DNA from: an uncultured Chloroflexia bacterium
GTDB lineage: Bacteria > Chloroflexota > Limnocylindria > Limnocylindrales > CSP1-4
Direction: 5' to 3'
DNA: 64,000 bases
Assembly: GCA_963809595.1 (NCBI GenBank)
Contig: CAWEKG010000003.1
Coordinates: 291,749-355,748, forward strand
The notes under the pieces are model-generated. The model ran no database searches. It was not told where the DNA came from and saw nothing but the letters and a program-made list of their open reading frames with translations. The position numbers and the translations under genes are program-made. This document shows positions 50,043 to 60,099 of the stretch, piece by piece (the stretch's first letter is position 1; every line of letters starts with the position of its first letter).

Positions 50043-51619
50043 TCGACCGACGCCTGAGCGATGCCAGGATCAGCGCCGCCCTTCGCACGCATCTGCCGGC
50101 GAGCGCTCCGGCGGGCCTCCAGGATCGCATCCGCATCGAGGTCGCCCAGGTGCGGCAGCTTCGCCCCCTGCCGTCGCTGGTGGCCGGCCTCGGCGATGCC
50201 GATCCGACGGCTCGCCGCACCGCCCTCCTCGTGGCAGCCGCGCTCCTCCTGGCTCTCGCGCTTGCCGCTGCCCTGGCAGTCGGGGCGTCGCGCCTCCTCC
50301 GACCAGACCCCCTCCGCGACCTGTCCCTCGACCCTCCGAAGGACGTCCCGGCGTTCGTCCTGTCAGTGCACGATCGCCTGCCCGAACTCGGCTCCGTCGC
50401 CATCACGACCGTGCAGGATGGGACCAAGCCCGGCGCGATCTACGTCGCCTCGAACGGCGACATTCGGGTCGAACGCTACCGCACCGCCGCGGCCACTGAG
50501 CCCGAGTGGGTGAGAGTCATCTCAGGCACCGCGACCTGGGAGCTCGTGTCGATGCCGTCCGGGCCCGCGTGGGTGAACACGGGTGGGATCGCCGAGGACC
50601 CGCGCGTCTTCATCCTCGCGACCCTGGGGCCGTCGCCGTTGGATCAGGGCTGCGAGATGACGCGCGATGGTGTATCGGGCACGCCGGCGATCGGCTGGAC
50701 GTATGTCGGGCTGGAGACGGTCGCCGGTCGTCGCGTTCACCGGTTCCAATGCCACGGCGAGAACATCTGGATCGACGTCGAAACCCGCTTGCCGATGCGT
50801 GTGCAGGCGCCCGACGGATCCCACGGCATCGAGGTGACCGAAGTCGCGTTCGGCCCGCAGCCCGCCACCCTGTTCTCACCCGATCCGCCGCCGGGAGTCC
50901 CCGTGATCCCGCAAGGGGTCTACAGCTGCTCGATCGATCCGTCGTGCCTGGCCTCGCCGCGGCCGGTCGTCACCCCGCCGCCGGCCTCGGACCAGCCGTC
51001 CGGACCGGTCGAACTTGCTCCTGTGATCTCCCACGCGCTCGCCGCCTACGCAGACCCTCCCGCGTTCGACGTGGTCATTGCACAGAGCAACACGAAGCGC
51101 AGCGAGGCCGCACGGTCGCGCGTCGTGTTCGATGGGACCAGCCGATGGCGGACCGAAGAGATCGCCGTCGTTGGCGACGGGCGCCTGGCCACGATCAAGC
51201 TCTTCGGCCCCCGCTATCTCTTTGTGCGCGAGACCCACGATGACGGCTCTACCGTCTGGATCGACCGGTCCTTCCGACCCGACGCGCCCCGTGGCTTCCC
51301 ACTCTGGAGTCCTGGTGCGACATGCGCCGGCGGGTGGCGACACCGCGGAGTCGACCTCGTCGCAGACCGTAAGGCCGACCACATCGCCTGTCCGCAAGCG
51401 GACGATTGGACCGACTTCTGGATCGATCGCGAGAGCGGGCTCGCGCTGCGGATCGTCGGACGCGAGGACCCGGTTTCGGGAGCGGACGTCGCCGAGGTCG
51501 TCGAGCTGCGGCTCGGACCATCGCCCGCCTCGATGTTCGAGCTTCCACCGGATGCGGTCGTCGTGCAAGCCGGCGCCCAGAGCCAGACGCCTGGCCCGCT
51601 GTCCACATCCGGCCCATAG
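50038..51619 (+). CDS. putative membrane-anchored anti-sigma factor with a large extracytoplasmic domain
   Basis: GTG start overlapping the sigma stop (GTGA). A short cytoplasmic N-terminus, one TM helix (ALLVAAALLLALALAAALAV), and a ~450-aa extracytoplasmic domain. Confidence 0.6.
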
Positions 51620-51660
51620 CGCATGACGTAGTAGCCCCACGTGTTCGTGGTGGCTGGCGC

Positions 51661-52956
51661 TCAGTGGGCCCCGGCGAGCTCCCAGCTCGAGCCGTCGGGA
51701 CCGTCGCGGACCTCGACGCCGGCGGCGGTCAGACGCTCCCGGATGAGATCTGCGGTCGCCCAGTCCTGCGTGTCGCGGGCGCGCGTCCGGAGCGCAAGCA
51801 GGGCGTCGACGAAGGGCTCGATGGTCGATCGCGGGTCCGCCCCGAGACCCGCCGCCTCGCCGAGTCGGGCGATCAGCGACCGGAAGGTGGCCCGGGCGTT
51901 GTCGAGATCCGGGCTGTCCTCGCCGGCCCGGAGCCTGGCTTCGATCGCCGAGTCGAGATCGAGGAGGGCCGCCACAGCGGCCCGGCGATCCCGCTGACCG
52001 AGGGCCGCGACGAAGGCGCCCTCGAGCGTGGCCATCTCGTCGCGCAGCGGCTCGGCCGACGGTGACGACCGTCCACCGCCGAGCGCCCCGGACGATCCGC
52101 CGCCCCCGATCGGCCGGGACTCCCAGGCGAGGTCGACGGCCTCCCCGGTCGCCAGGTCACGGGCGACCTCGGAGATCGTCTCGAAGGCGACCTCGCTCCC
52201 CCTGAGGAGGACCGCGCTCCGCCCGTCGACCCGGACCGTCACGTCGCCGAGACCCGAGATCGAAGCCGTCCGCCGGTCCAGGTCCAGGACGAGCGCCGTG
52301 TGGCTGTCGACGCCGAGGATGAACGTGCCCGGGGGCAGCTGGCCCTCCAGCGTCCGGAGCCGGCGCTCGCCCATGTAGCAGAAGCGGGTGTCGTGGTTGC
52401 CGCCCTCGGCGTTGTCGTAGTGGGGGACCACAGCCGCCTGGAGCCCGGTCGCCGGCCCGAGCAGGTCGAGCCCGGGCAGCCAGCAGGGGTCGGCTCCGAC
52501 CTTGTAGATCTCATAGACCGGGATCGTGACCGTCCCCAGGGTGAGGGCGGCGGCGCTGGCCATCGTCAGGATCCCGCCATCGCGCAGGCCGTCGGCGAGC
52601 GCGACCGGTATCGGGCCGTCGGCCCACTGGCGCAGGGCGTAGCTGGGGCTGCCCGGCCCGGCCATGAGGTAGCGCGCCTCGCGTATCCGGGCGACGGCGG
52701 TGGCGAGGGTGACCGCGTCGACCTCCCGCGACCGGTACGAGGCGACCGCCACCTCCCGGCCGATGCTCTCGCGGAAGAAGCTCACCGTCCGGGCGCTCAG
52801 CTCGTCAGCGTTCTCCTGGAAGCCGTAGGGGGTGTCGATGATGGCGGCGGTGGCGGGCTCGGCGCCGAACCGCTCGAACAGGGCGCGGTGAACCTTGGCC
52901 ATCGTCGGCGCGATCTCGCCGGAGCCCATGATCGCGAGGATGCGCGGGCCGCTCAT
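51661..52956 (-). CDS. two-domain protein: N-terminal class-I glutamine-amidotransferase/peptidase-S51-like domain plus a C-terminal helical domain resembling the CysRS/MshC C-terminus
   Basis: The start ATG overlaps the stop of the upstream hydrolase (ATGA). The N-terminus reads MSGPRILAIMGSGEIAP.... The C-terminus (...TQDWATADLIRERLTAAGVEVRDGPDGSSWEL) matches the conserved C-terminal motif of cysteinyl-tRNA synthetase/MshC. Confidence 0.5.
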   Translation of the reverse strand: MSGPRILAIMGSGEIAPTMAKVHRALFERFGAEPATAAIIDTPYGFQENADELSARTVSFFRESIGREVAVASYRSREVDAVTLATAVARIREARYLMAGPGSPSYALRQWADGPIPVALADGLRDGGILTMASAAALTLGTVTIPVYEIYKVGADPCWLPGLDLLGPATGLQAAVVPHYDNAEGGNHDTRFCYMGERRLRTLEGQLPPGTFILGVDSHTALVLDLDRRTASISGLGDVTVRVDGRSAVLLRGSEVAFETISEVARDLATGEAVDLAWESRPIGGGGSSGALGGGRSSPSAEPLRDEMATLEGAFVAALGQRDRRAAVAALLDLDSAIEARLRAGEDSPDLDNARATFRSLIARLGEAAGLGADPRSTIEPFVDALLALRTRARDTQDWATADLIRERLTAAGVEVRDGPDGSSWELAGAH

Positions 52957-53885
52957 CCGGGGGATCCGCTCGCGGCAGGTCCCGAGGCCGATCCCGGGGG
53001 TCCGCCGGCCGCGACGAAGCCGTCGAAGACGCCGGCCGCGAAGTCGTGCATGGCGCCGGAGAGCGCGTCGGGGTGCTGGGCGTGGATGTCGTGGTCGCCG
53101 GCGAACCAGCGGACGTGGGCGTCCGGGATCGCCGCCGCGGCCGCTTCGATGGCGTGCCGCTTCCGCCCGGTCCGGTCCGGGTCGCCGCCGTCGGCGGGCG
53201 CCAGCATGACGGGCACGGTGATCTCGGGGTAGCGCCGGCTGGGATGGTGCTCCCACAGACCGCGCAGGACAGTCAGGTGGTGCTCGTACGTGAGCCATGG
53301 GGCGATCCTGCCGTCGGGCCGGACCTCGAAGTTCGCCAGCGTCCCGCGGATCCCGCTCTCGGGCCAGTCGTGGTGGGCCGAGCGGATGTAGCCCTCGATC
53401 TCCTCGAACCGGCGCCCGGCCAGCCGGGGTGGCGCGAGGGCGGCCAGGCAGGCGTCCCAGTCGGCGAACTCGCGGCTCGGTTCGAGCCAGCCGCCATCCA
53501 CGCAGACGATCCCCCGGACGCGACCGGGGTGACGGGCCGCCAGCTCGAGGACCACGTTGCCGCCCCAGGACTGGCCGGCCGCGATCGGTCGGTCGAGCCC
53601 CAGGCGATCGATCAGGGTCGCCAGGTCGTCGGCCACCGTCGGGACATGGTACGGACCGTCCGGCTTCGAGGACCGCCCGTGCCCGCGGAGATCCACCGTG
53701 AAGACCCGATGGCCGTTGGCGACGAGACCGGCCGCAACCCCGTCCCACGTACGGGCGTTCGAGGCCAGGCCGTGGACCAGCAGGAAGGGCGTGACGACGG
53801 TGCCGTCCGGCCCGGCGTGGTCGTCCGGCCCGACGGCATCATCCCGCGCGCCGACGTCCCACGCATCGACCACGAGGTCGACACC
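52953..53885 (-). CDS. alpha/beta-fold hydrolase
   Basis: Nucleophile elbow GQSWGG and an HG oxyanion motif (LLVHGLASN). The start is uncertain (ORF open to 54089). Confidence 0.7.
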   Translation of the reverse strand, partial: GVDLVVDAWDVGARDDAVGPDDHAGPDGTVVTPFLLVHGLASNARTWDGVAAGLVANGHRVFTVDLRGHGRSSKPDGPYHVPTVADDLATLIDRLGLDRPIAAGQSWGGNVVLELAARHPGRVRGIVCVDGGWLEPSREFADWDACLAALAPPRLAGRRFEEIEGYIRSAHHDWPESGIRGTLANFEVRPDGRIAPWLTYEHHLTVLRGLWEHHPSRRYPEITVPVMLAPADGGDPDRTGRKRHAIEAAAAAIPDAHVRWFAGDHDIHAQHPDALSGAMHDFAAGVFDGFVAAGGPPGSASGPAASGSPG

Positions 53886-54198
53886 GTCGGCCACCTGGAT
53901 CCGCTCGGTCCGCATCCACCGGATGGTAGCGGGCGCGTCGACCTCGACCTCGGCCCTGGCCGCCGTTCCACCTCGGCGTCCGGCTTCGGCCGACTCTCTA
54001 CCTCGACCACCCGTACGCGATGAAATGGATGCATCAAGGAGCGCCGCTGTGGGAACGGGTTCACCACCTCTCCGATCGAGGCGATGCATCCAATGGCATC
54101 ACGGGTCGATGGGTCCGGGCGCCGGCGACCCAGGCGGATCACGGGACGGGGCAGACGCGGGACGAAGGGGGAGGTCGAGGCCGCACTCGGGCCCGAGC

Positions 54199-56214
54199 TC
54201 AGGCCGGTGCGATCCCCAGGGCGCGGGCGATGACGGCCCCGGTGCCGAGGGCCAGGACGAGGGTCGCCCCGGCCATCCCGAGCGCCGGCCGCCAACCGAA
54301 CTCGTCGGCCAGGGTGGCCAGCGTCGCGGCGCACGGCACCGAGATCGAGACGACGATGGCGAAGACGAACAGCTGGGCCGACGACATGAAGCCGCCCAGG
54401 GTCGCCGCGCCGGCGCCGTACTGGACGATCGCCAGGGCGAGGAGGAGCTGGAGGGCCAGCTCCTTGCGCAGGAAGGCGAAGACGATGGCGACCCCGGCGA
54501 TGGCCGGCAGCCCGAGCAGGGTCTCGGTGATCGGGCCCAGGATCGAGGCGAGGGGGACCCACAGCCCCGACTCGTAGATGAGGCCGAGCACGAACGACCC
54601 GACCAGCATGATCGGGGTGGCCATGACCACGAACGAGCGGAACCGCGACCAGGCCTTGGCCCAGACATGCCGGACGACGGGCCGGCGGAGGGGAGCGAGC
54701 TCGAGGACCAGGGCGGGCTGTCGTCCCGGCACCACCGCGTTCGCGGCCAGGCTTGCGGCGAAGGTGATCAGGGCGACGACGCCGAACGCGGCCAGGGCGA
54801 CGAGCGGTCCGGCGAACGGGGCGAGAGCCGCGATCACGACCGCGGTCCGCGCCGAGCAGGGCGTCAGCGTGACCAGGAAGGCACCCAGGAGGCGCTCCCG
54901 GTGGGTGGCCAGGATCCGCGTCCCGTAGATCCCCGGCACGTTGCAGCCGGCTGCGGTGAGCAGGGGCACGGCGGTCCGGCCGGGCAGGCCCAGGACGTTG
55001 AAGACGCGATCCATCAGGACGGCCGCGCTGGTCAGGTAGCCAGAATCCTCGAGGCCGGCCACCAGGACATAGAACGTGAGGACGTAGGGGACGCCGATCG
55101 TCAGCATCGCCAGGAGCCCGCCGTCGACGGCCCACAGGATCGCGGTCGCCAGGGCCGGGAAGGGGACGATCGTCGTCACCAGCGTCGTCATCGCCGGGGA
55201 GACGGTCGCGCTCCAGAAGGAGGCCAGGACCCCGGACAGGAACCCGCCGACCACGACCATCGTGGCGAACAGGCCGAGCGTGACGCCGACGAACAGGGGC
55301 AGCCCCGGGAACGGCGAGGTGGCCAGCCTGGCGAGGCGGTCGGCCGTGGTGGCCGACGTGGTCCGGCGTCGCTCCACCTGCCCCGCCCACGCCGCGGCGA
55401 CCTGCCACAGGACCGGCTCGACCACGTCGGAGAGCCGGAGGGTCGCGGCGCCCCGGACCGAGACCGCGCCGCCGGTCACCGCCGCGAGGAGGCCGTCCGG
55501 GTCGTAGACGGCGGCGCCGAGGGAGTTCGACGAGCGGATCGTGCCGGCCTCGCCCTGGATCGCCCGCTCCACCTGGAACGGGAAGATGCCCGCCGGAGCC
55601 GTGGCGTGCGGTGACCGTCGTCCGTCGCCGACCTCGAGCCGCTGCCAGGCCAGGGCCACCGCATCGGCCATCGCCGCGTCCACGCCCCGGCCCGTCCGAC
55701 CGGTCGTCCGGTGGACCGGCGCGACGAGGAGCTGGGAGAGGCGGCCCGCGTCGATCTCGACGCCGTGGCCCGTCGCCTCATCGGTGAGGTTCGCGGCGAG
55801 GACGACCGGCAGACCCAGCTCCCGACAGGCGAGCACGAGCGGCAGGTGCCGGCCCAGGTCGCCGCTGTCGGCGACGACGAGGATCGAATCTGGCGCTTGG
55901 TCCAGCAGCAGCCGCCAGAACGGATCTTCGCCGGCCGGCCGATCGGTCAGCGAGCGGGTCCCGGGCAGGTCGACGAGCCAGGCCCCCCTGCCCCCGGCCA
56001 CGATGCGGCGACGCTCGACGTAGACCGTGGTCCCCGGCGTGTTCGAGGTCTCGACGAAGCGGTGGCTGGCCCGCGCGAGGAAGGTGGACTTGCCGACGTT
56101 CGGCCGGCCGACCAGGGCGACGGTGGGCAGTCGCTCATCGCCGAACGCAGGGCTCGCCGTGCCGTCCCGGTCGTCGGTCTCGCGTGTCGCGGTACGTCGG
56201 TGTCGGCCGATCAT
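54199..56214 (-). CDS. feoB: ferrous iron transport protein B
   Basis: N-terminal GTPase (GRPNVGKSTFL G1, DLPGT G3) followed by a polytopic Gate-type membrane domain. Length 671 aa. Confidence 0.9.
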   Translation of the reverse strand: MIGRHRRTATRETDDRDGTASPAFGDERLPTVALVGRPNVGKSTFLARASHRFVETSNTPGTTVYVERRRIVAGGRGAWLVDLPGTRSLTDRPAGEDPFWRLLLDQAPDSILVVADSGDLGRHLPLVLACRELGLPVVLAANLTDEATGHGVEIDAGRLSQLLVAPVHRTTGRTGRGVDAAMADAVALAWQRLEVGDGRRSPHATAPAGIFPFQVERAIQGEAGTIRSSNSLGAAVYDPDGLLAAVTGGAVSVRGAATLRLSDVVEPVLWQVAAAWAGQVERRRTTSATTADRLARLATSPFPGLPLFVGVTLGLFATMVVVGGFLSGVLASFWSATVSPAMTTLVTTIVPFPALATAILWAVDGGLLAMLTIGVPYVLTFYVLVAGLEDSGYLTSAAVLMDRVFNVLGLPGRTAVPLLTAAGCNVPGIYGTRILATHRERLLGAFLVTLTPCSARTAVVIAALAPFAGPLVALAAFGVVALITFAASLAANAVVPGRQPALVLELAPLRRPVVRHVWAKAWSRFRSFVVMATPIMLVGSFVLGLIYESGLWVPLASILGPITETLLGLPAIAGVAIVFAFLRKELALQLLLALAIVQYGAGAATLGGFMSSAQLFVFAIVVSISVPCAATLATLADEFGWRPALGMAGATLVLALGTGAVIARALGIAPA

Positions 56215-57924
56215 CGGACGGCCACGGGTCGATCCGCGGCGGCCGCGGCTCGCTCGCCGGGGTGCATCTCGACCGTCCCGGCCACCGACCGGGCGAGGGC
56301 TACCCGGGCCCGTCCGACGTCGAGCACGAGGGGACCGCCGAACGGGGCCGCCGCGGCGACCGACAGGTCGGCCCCGGGCTGGATCCCTTCGTGGGCGAGC
56401 TCGGCCCGATGCGTCGGGCCGACGCTCGCGACCCGGCCGCCGTCTCCCGGGGCGAGACGGTCGAGCGGGACGGTGGGCGCAGACGCAGACGCGGGCTGTC
56501 GGCCGCCGGACGACCCGCCGCCGGCCGGCGCGCTCTCAGCCGCCTCGCCGGCCAGCAGTGCCCCCACGGTCGACGCGGCCGCCCGGCCCTGCCCGATGCA
56601 GTCCGGCAATCCGACGCCCCGGTACGGAGCCCCGGCGAGCACGAGCCCGGGCAGGTCGGCGAGCGCCTCGAATACGGCCTCGACGCGGTCCAGGTGTCCG
56701 ACCGTGTAGTGCGGCATCTGGCCGTCCCAGCGGGCGACCCGCCGGAGGATCGGGCGGCCGTGCGCCCCGAGGGTCGTCGCGATGTCCCGCTCGGCGGCGG
56801 CCAGGAGCTCCTCGTCGCTGCCGGCCAGGATCCCCGGCCGCCGCGACCCGATGAAGCAGCGCAGGAGGATCGTCCCGTCCGGCGCGCGCCCGGCCCACTT
56901 CCGGGAGCTGAACGTGCAGGCGTCGATGGCCAGCGGCTCGCCCGCCGCGACGAGGAAGCCGTGCCCGGTCGGCGGCTCCGCGAAGGCGTCGAGCGGATAG
57001 GCCAGGGTGACGACGGCCGTGCTGCCGTGGGGGATCGTCCGGATCCGTTCGGCCGCGACCGGGACGAGACCCTCGAGCAGCTCCGCGGCAGCCGGACCGG
57101 AGGTCGCCAGGACCACCGCGTCGAAGTGCGTGGTCGGCTCGTCGCCCAGGCGGGTGTCGTACCCGCCTGTGGTCCGCCGGATCGGCCCGACCGAGGTGGC
57201 CGTCCGGACCGTGACATCCGTCATCGCGCTTATCGACTCGGCGAGCGCGTCGGTGAGCTGACCCGTCCCACCGGCCAGGGTCACGAACGGCGAGCCGCCC
57301 GGCTGCCCCTTCCGGGCGCGTCCCGAGGCCAGGCTGGCCAGGAGGAGGCTGCGGTGCTCGCGCTCGGCCTCGCGGAGCTGGGGGACCACGGCCAGCAGGC
57401 TCAGCTCGTCGACCGGCGTCCCGTAGACGCCGCCGATGAGCGGTCCCGCCAGCCGCTCCACGAGGGCGCCGCCGAGCCGCCGGCGGAGGAACGTGCCCAC
57501 GGCGACGTCGCTCGTCCAGTCCGTCGCGGGGGAGGACGAGGTCGAGCCCCATCCGGAGCTTCTCGAAGGGCGAGAAGAGGTCGCTCGTGACGAACGGGCG
57601 CATCCGGGTCGGCAGGACGAGGCCCATCCCGTCGGGCAGTCGGCGGAAGCGGCCGCCGCTCCGGATGTGGACCGTCCGGGGCTCGGTCGGCCGGATGATC
57701 GCCTCGCCGAGGCCGAGCTCGCGGGCCAGCTCGAGGGCCGCCGGCCGGTAGCTGATGAACGAGTCCGGTCCCGACTCGATGAGGAAGCCGTCCTGTCGCT
57801 CCGTGCCGACCTTGCCGCCCAGCCGGGCGCTCGCCTCGGCGAGGACGACCGGGATCCCGGCCCGACCCAGCGCGTAGGCCGCGGTCAGGCCGGTGATCCC
57901 ACCGCCGACGACGAGGACGGACAT
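56214..57924 (-). CDS. hemY: protoporphyrinogen/coproporphyrinogen III oxidase (HemY/CgoX) fused in frame, via a Gly/Ser linker, to a C-terminal FeoA domain; one frame disruption near 57500-57520
   Basis: N-terminal FAD motif (VLVVGGGITGLTAAYAL) in the frame of ORF 56536..58041. The rest of HemY (LIGGVYG..., WDGQMPHYTVGHLDRV, LAGAPYRGVGLPDCI) is in the frame of ORF 56211..57500. It continues without a stop through APAGGGSSGGRQPASASAPT into an FeoA-like SH3 domain (VPLDRLAPGDGGRVASVG...EMHPGE). Its stop overlaps the feoB ATG. Confidence 0.65.
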
Positions 57925-57935
57925 CGCCGCGACAC

Positions 57936-59133
57936 TCAGACGGCCGGGACGGCGGTCGTCGGCGGCACGTACGGGCAGAGCGGATCGGTCTCGAGCGGGT
58001 CGCCGGTCCAGGCGAAGGCGCGGGCCCGCGAGCCGCCGCACAGGCGGGCGTACTCGCAGCGGCCGCAGCGGCCCTTGTAGGTGGTCACGTCGCGCAGGCT
58101 GGTGAAGACCGGGTGGCTCCGGTAGAGCTCCACGATGTCGTCCTGCCGGACGTTGCCGACGACGAGGGGCAGGAAGCCGGACGGATAGACGTTCCCGTCA
58201 TGCGACGACGAACATGATCCCGTTGCCGTCGCGGACGCCGAAGCCGCGACCGACCGGGGTCGCCGCGATCGCCGCGTCGTCGAGGCCCTCCTCGTGCATC
58301 CGGCGGATGGCGATCCGGCGGTAGTGGGTGGCCTCGGTCGTCTTGATCGCGAACGGCGACGTCTTCGAGAGCTCGTAGAGCCAGCCGTTCAGCCGCTCGG
58401 AATCGGCCGGGCCGATCTCCCGGAGGCTCGTCCCGCGGCCGACCGAGATGAGGTAGAAGAGGCTCCAGCGGATGATCCCGAGGCGCTTCATGAGCTCGTA
58501 GGTCGCCGGCAGGTCGGACAGCGTCTCGTCGGTGACCAGGGTGTTGATCTGGAGCGGGAGACCCACCTCGTGGGCCCAGCCGGCGGCCCGTACGGTCAGG
58601 TCGAAGGTGCCCGGGACGCCCCGGAACCCGTCGTGACGCTGGGCGTCGGAGCCGTCGATGCTCAGCGACATCGTCTGGATCCCGGCCGCCTTCAGGGCGT
58701 AGAGCCGCTCGATGGTCATGTCGGGGGTCGCGGCCGGGGCGAGCGAGGCGCCGATCCCGCGCTCGGTCGCGGCGGTCACGAGCGTCTCGAGGTCGGGCCG
58801 GCGGAGCGGGTCGCCGCCGGTGAAGACGACGTGGGGGTACGGCTGGCCGAACCCGGTGACCCGGTCGAGCAGGGCGAAGCCCTCCTCGGTCGTCAGCTCG
58901 CGCGGGTCGCGCTCGGGCATCGCCGTGGCCCGGCAGTGCTTGCACGCGAGGCCGCACGAGAGGGTCGTCTCCCAGTAGACGAGCATCGGCGCCCGGCCGA
59001 AGACGTAGCCCTCGGGCCGGACCGCGCCGACCGCGGTCGGATGGCCGCCGGGATGGCCGCCGGGGTGGCCGCCGGGATGCCCCGGCCGCTCGACGACCGG
59101 CTCGACGATCGGTTCGCTGATCAGCTGGCTCAT
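57936..59133 (-). CDS. radical SAM/SPASM-domain protein (AhbD-like candidate), with one frame disruption near 58140-58200
   Basis: CxxxCxxC (CGLACKHC) radical-SAM core in the frame of ORF 58198..59133. The C-terminal Cys-rich SPASM/twitch region (CGRCEYARLCGG...CPY) is in the frame of ORF 57936..58133. The N-terminus carries an (HPGG)4 repeat. Confidence 0.65.
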
Positions 59134-59157
59134 GGTGGACCTCGTGGATGCCGACGG

Positions 59158-60099
59158 TCAGGCGAGACCGACCGGGGCGTGGGACGCCGGGACCAGGGAC
59201 TCGACCGCGAGGTCGGCCAGCCCGGCGATGAAGGTGGGGTCGTCGTTCATCGAGCGGGCCCGCTCGAGGCGGATCCCCACCTCGGACGCGACGGCCTGCG
59301 CCTCGATGTCGATGTCGTAGAGGACCTCGAGGTGATCGGCCACGAAGCCGACCGGGCGGACCACGAGCCCGCGGACCCGGCTTGTCGCCAGCCGTCGGAT
59401 CTCGGCCAGGATGTCCGGCCCGAGCCACGGCTCGCCGGTCCGGCCGGCGCTCTGGTAGGCGAAGTCGTAGCCGGTCAGGCCGAGCCGCTCGGCGACGAGG
59501 GCGGCCGTGGCCGCCAGCTGGTCGGGGTACGGATCGCCCTCGGCCACGACCCGTGCCGGCAGGCTGTGGGCGGTGAACATCACCCGCACCTCGTTCGGGT
59601 CCGCGAACCGGCCGATCGCCTCGCGGGTCGTCTCGGCCAGCGCCTCGATGAACCGGGGCTGGTCGTGCCAGGAGTCGACGAAGATGACCGCGGGCGCCGA
59701 CTCGCCGAGCCCGGCCAGGGCGCCGTCCACGGCCCGCCGGTAGCCGGCCGCGTTCGAGGACGCCTGGGGGGCGAGGGCGATCGCCACGAACCGGCGCACA
59801 CCGTCGGCCGCCATCCCCTCGACGATCCGACCGATCCGCGGCTCGATGTGGCGCATCCCGGCGTAGACCCGGACCGGGTGACCGCGGGCGGCCAGCTCGA
59901 GCTCGAGGGCTGCCCGCTGGGCCTCGACGATCCGCGACAGGGGCGACCCGCCGCCGATCGCCCGGTAGCGCTCGAGGAGCTCGTCGAGGAGCTCCGGCGA
60001 GGGCGGGCTGCCCCGGCGGATGTCGGTGTAGTAGGCCTCGACCTGGTCGAGCCGATCGGGGCTCCCGTAGGCCATGAGCAGGACGGCGTCGGCGCTCAC
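59158..60099 (-). CDS. hemH: ferrochelatase (coproporphyrin ferrochelatase type)
   Basis: RBS AAGGAG then GTG. The GTG overlaps the hemE stop (GTGA). Ferrochelatase motifs are present (LLMAYGSP, FTAHSLP). Confidence 0.85.
   Translation of the reverse strand: MSADAVLLMAYGSPDRLDQVEAYYTDIRRGSPPSPELLDELLERYRAIGGGSPLSRIVEAQRAALELELAARGHPVRVYAGMRHIEPRIGRIVEGMAADGVRRFVAIALAPQASSNAAGYRRAVDGALAGLGESAPAVIFVDSWHDQPRFIEALAETTREAIGRFADPNEVRVMFTAHSLPARVVAEGDPYPDQLAATAALVAERLGLTGYDFAYQSAGRTGEPWLGPDILAEIRRLATSRVRGLVVRPVGFVADHLEVLYDIDIEAQAVASEVGIRLERARSMNDDPTFIAGLADLAVESLVPASHAPVGLA

Noticed and set aside
56211-57500. HemY-FeoA fusion being an artefact of the same indel noise
   Set aside because: Considered seriously but not rejected outright. 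The FeoA segment has no possible independent start codon, and the linker is Gly/Ser-rich rather than the Arg/Pro-rich pattern of wrong-frame translation. It is kept as a finding with a verification step.
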